This document shows, one piece after another, positions 63,901 through 64,000 of a stretch of DNA of 64,000 nucleotides (its first letter is position 1; each line of letters begins with the position of its first letter). This stretch comes from an uncultured Verrucomicrobiota bacterium. Lineage in GTDB: Bacteria; Verrucomicrobiota; Kiritimatiellia; RFP12; UBA1067. The stretch spans positions 4,254 through 68,253 of the forward strand of contig CAMOCC010000002.1 in assembly GCA_946610035.1 (NCBI GenBank). The letters are read 5' to 3'. The notes under the pieces were generated by a model that saw only the letters and a program-made list of their open reading frames with translations, had not been told where the DNA came from and made no database searches. Both the position numbers and the translations under genes were made by a program.

Positions 63901-64000
63901 TACAACGCCGAAAACGAAGAAGAGACGCTCGGCATACTTCATTCGTCATACGTCGGCATGTTGAGGATATACGACGTCGCGATTTCCGAAGACACGGTGA
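60958..64000 (+). CDS. second giant secreted LamG-repeat protein, 5' part (3' end outside window); paralogue of the 31666 gene; absent from the supplied ORF track
   Basis: SD aaggag, then ATG 60958. Signal peptide MSIVRMLKTFAAAALAVAATCAAQA. I translated this frame by hand to position 63999 and found no stop. Long mirror ORFs on the minus strand agree. LamG-type tails VFGWEKVLTSEQIALLY and GMLRIYDVAISEDTV. Confidence 0.82.
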   Translation, partial: MSIVRMLKTFAAAALAVAATCAAQAAEVISINFTQDGYGALKGDTVYANLADASITGAAWNTFSGASSGGVSGTYTLTNYWDGTQAKSDGTAVVSYEAKNMWHQSGMAEPYVGYLDDGEHNGVKGPTVSVTGIPYDVYDVIVYVNTTDSTFRPVTVNGFSYSYVDGSTVKGSTANWGTRQDVLEEGKNAMRITGLTGKLSIQGGSSSGGRGCIAAVQIVRNTTAVVVPAVNFKYLSGQGNVIETTSANWYSAIDYAAKWHWDHNVRCERIAYGRNAFCVMRANSAHPGTDVLWTNMTAFTMAFIVDVTDMTGGDDLWKVIACMGGNDGSALTLFKDPDGGVSLRPRTDRTDRDDYVLTIPASEISQGYHLFVVTCDVNGQKTTLRMDDGATRDMNYAVQPTVGFQIGKNWNGTRPATWGFGDGLGVYAVFGWEKVLTSEQIALLYADYADALGTPVNYNFTSDFNNGHDSGVLYIPTMTGDNALQGTRGTIEIPTNSVVSVPSICLGNSGTAYNYTFNVKGTLNVTAASTTYNVYSEKGNKRGILFGHWAGTGVENIYGTLNAPDAWLETTYSHTTETLNIIGGTVKVRGIYARNADSIASSATISDGGTLEVAELKLDKNWPLICGAGTLRAIRYDMTSTGLTDGWAVSFNDAEVGTTLDPNGLAINFMGATTGAGRIIINDTSENADGTVSFAMMSGLSGPVDVRSGTLDIKSSRPSGELSFSAGAKLRLLESVADGNGRVALNIAAGSAAPDVTMYRADGTTLLETSVETDPATGKMYIAYESDLPPVVSGEACWYDFEFENNGYTSVGSSKTTLTRDVGKGIGARTGTGAAGDFADEHSLYTSSLMYTKITYPTEWSAAIYCTLPKLKDAVLMDFGTAFGCIALIAGDTDNEVKLVMATNDTRYVPLATMTVPNATTSQHLYVFVKRDNGVDIYLDGTLWTTYSQTESIVINDGFQLGAVFGQGGNTGMHDFSYANVYNAENEEETLGILHSSYVGMLRIYDVAISEDTV

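Overview
High-GC, almost entirely plus-strand-coded chromosomal segment from a diderm bacterium. A PVC-type lineage (Lentisphaerota, Kiritimatiellota or Verrucomicrobiota) is only a guess, based on PATR/LamG giant exoproteins, a MurA Cys->Asp variant and the CAZyme content. Housekeeping genes: pyrH-frr, potABCD, rfbB, rpe, coaC, murA, pdxR/pdxST, and a tRNA cluster (Arg-fMet-Pro-Cys). They are interleaved with three accessory blocks. (1) A ~22.6 kb co-directional supercluster (6.8-29.4 kb) places two hybrid histidine kinases, an Hpt protein, a REC-PP2C-kinase protein and a STAS protein inside an exopolysaccharide locus. That locus has multi-domain glycosyltransferases, a phosphoglycosyl transferase, PCP/Wza/Wzy-like proteins and a GH9. 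(2) A second glycan block of GT2, GT4, RfbB and GT4, with a Ppm1-like GT2 further downstream after rpe and coaC. (3) Two giant paralogous secreted PATR/LamG proteins with neighbouring GH43, PL10 and GH95 genes. The second giant gene runs off the window and is missing from the ORF track. No CRISPR array, transposase, integrase or prophage gene was seen. Non-coding signals include a recurrent TTGnnn-N17/18-TGGTAnAAT promoter, often 6-9 nt from the start codon, which suggests leaderless mRNAs. There are also several unusual short tandem or inverted repeat clusters, one of them in frame inside a glycosyltransferase gene. All calls rest on reading the translations and DNA by eye; no searches were run.
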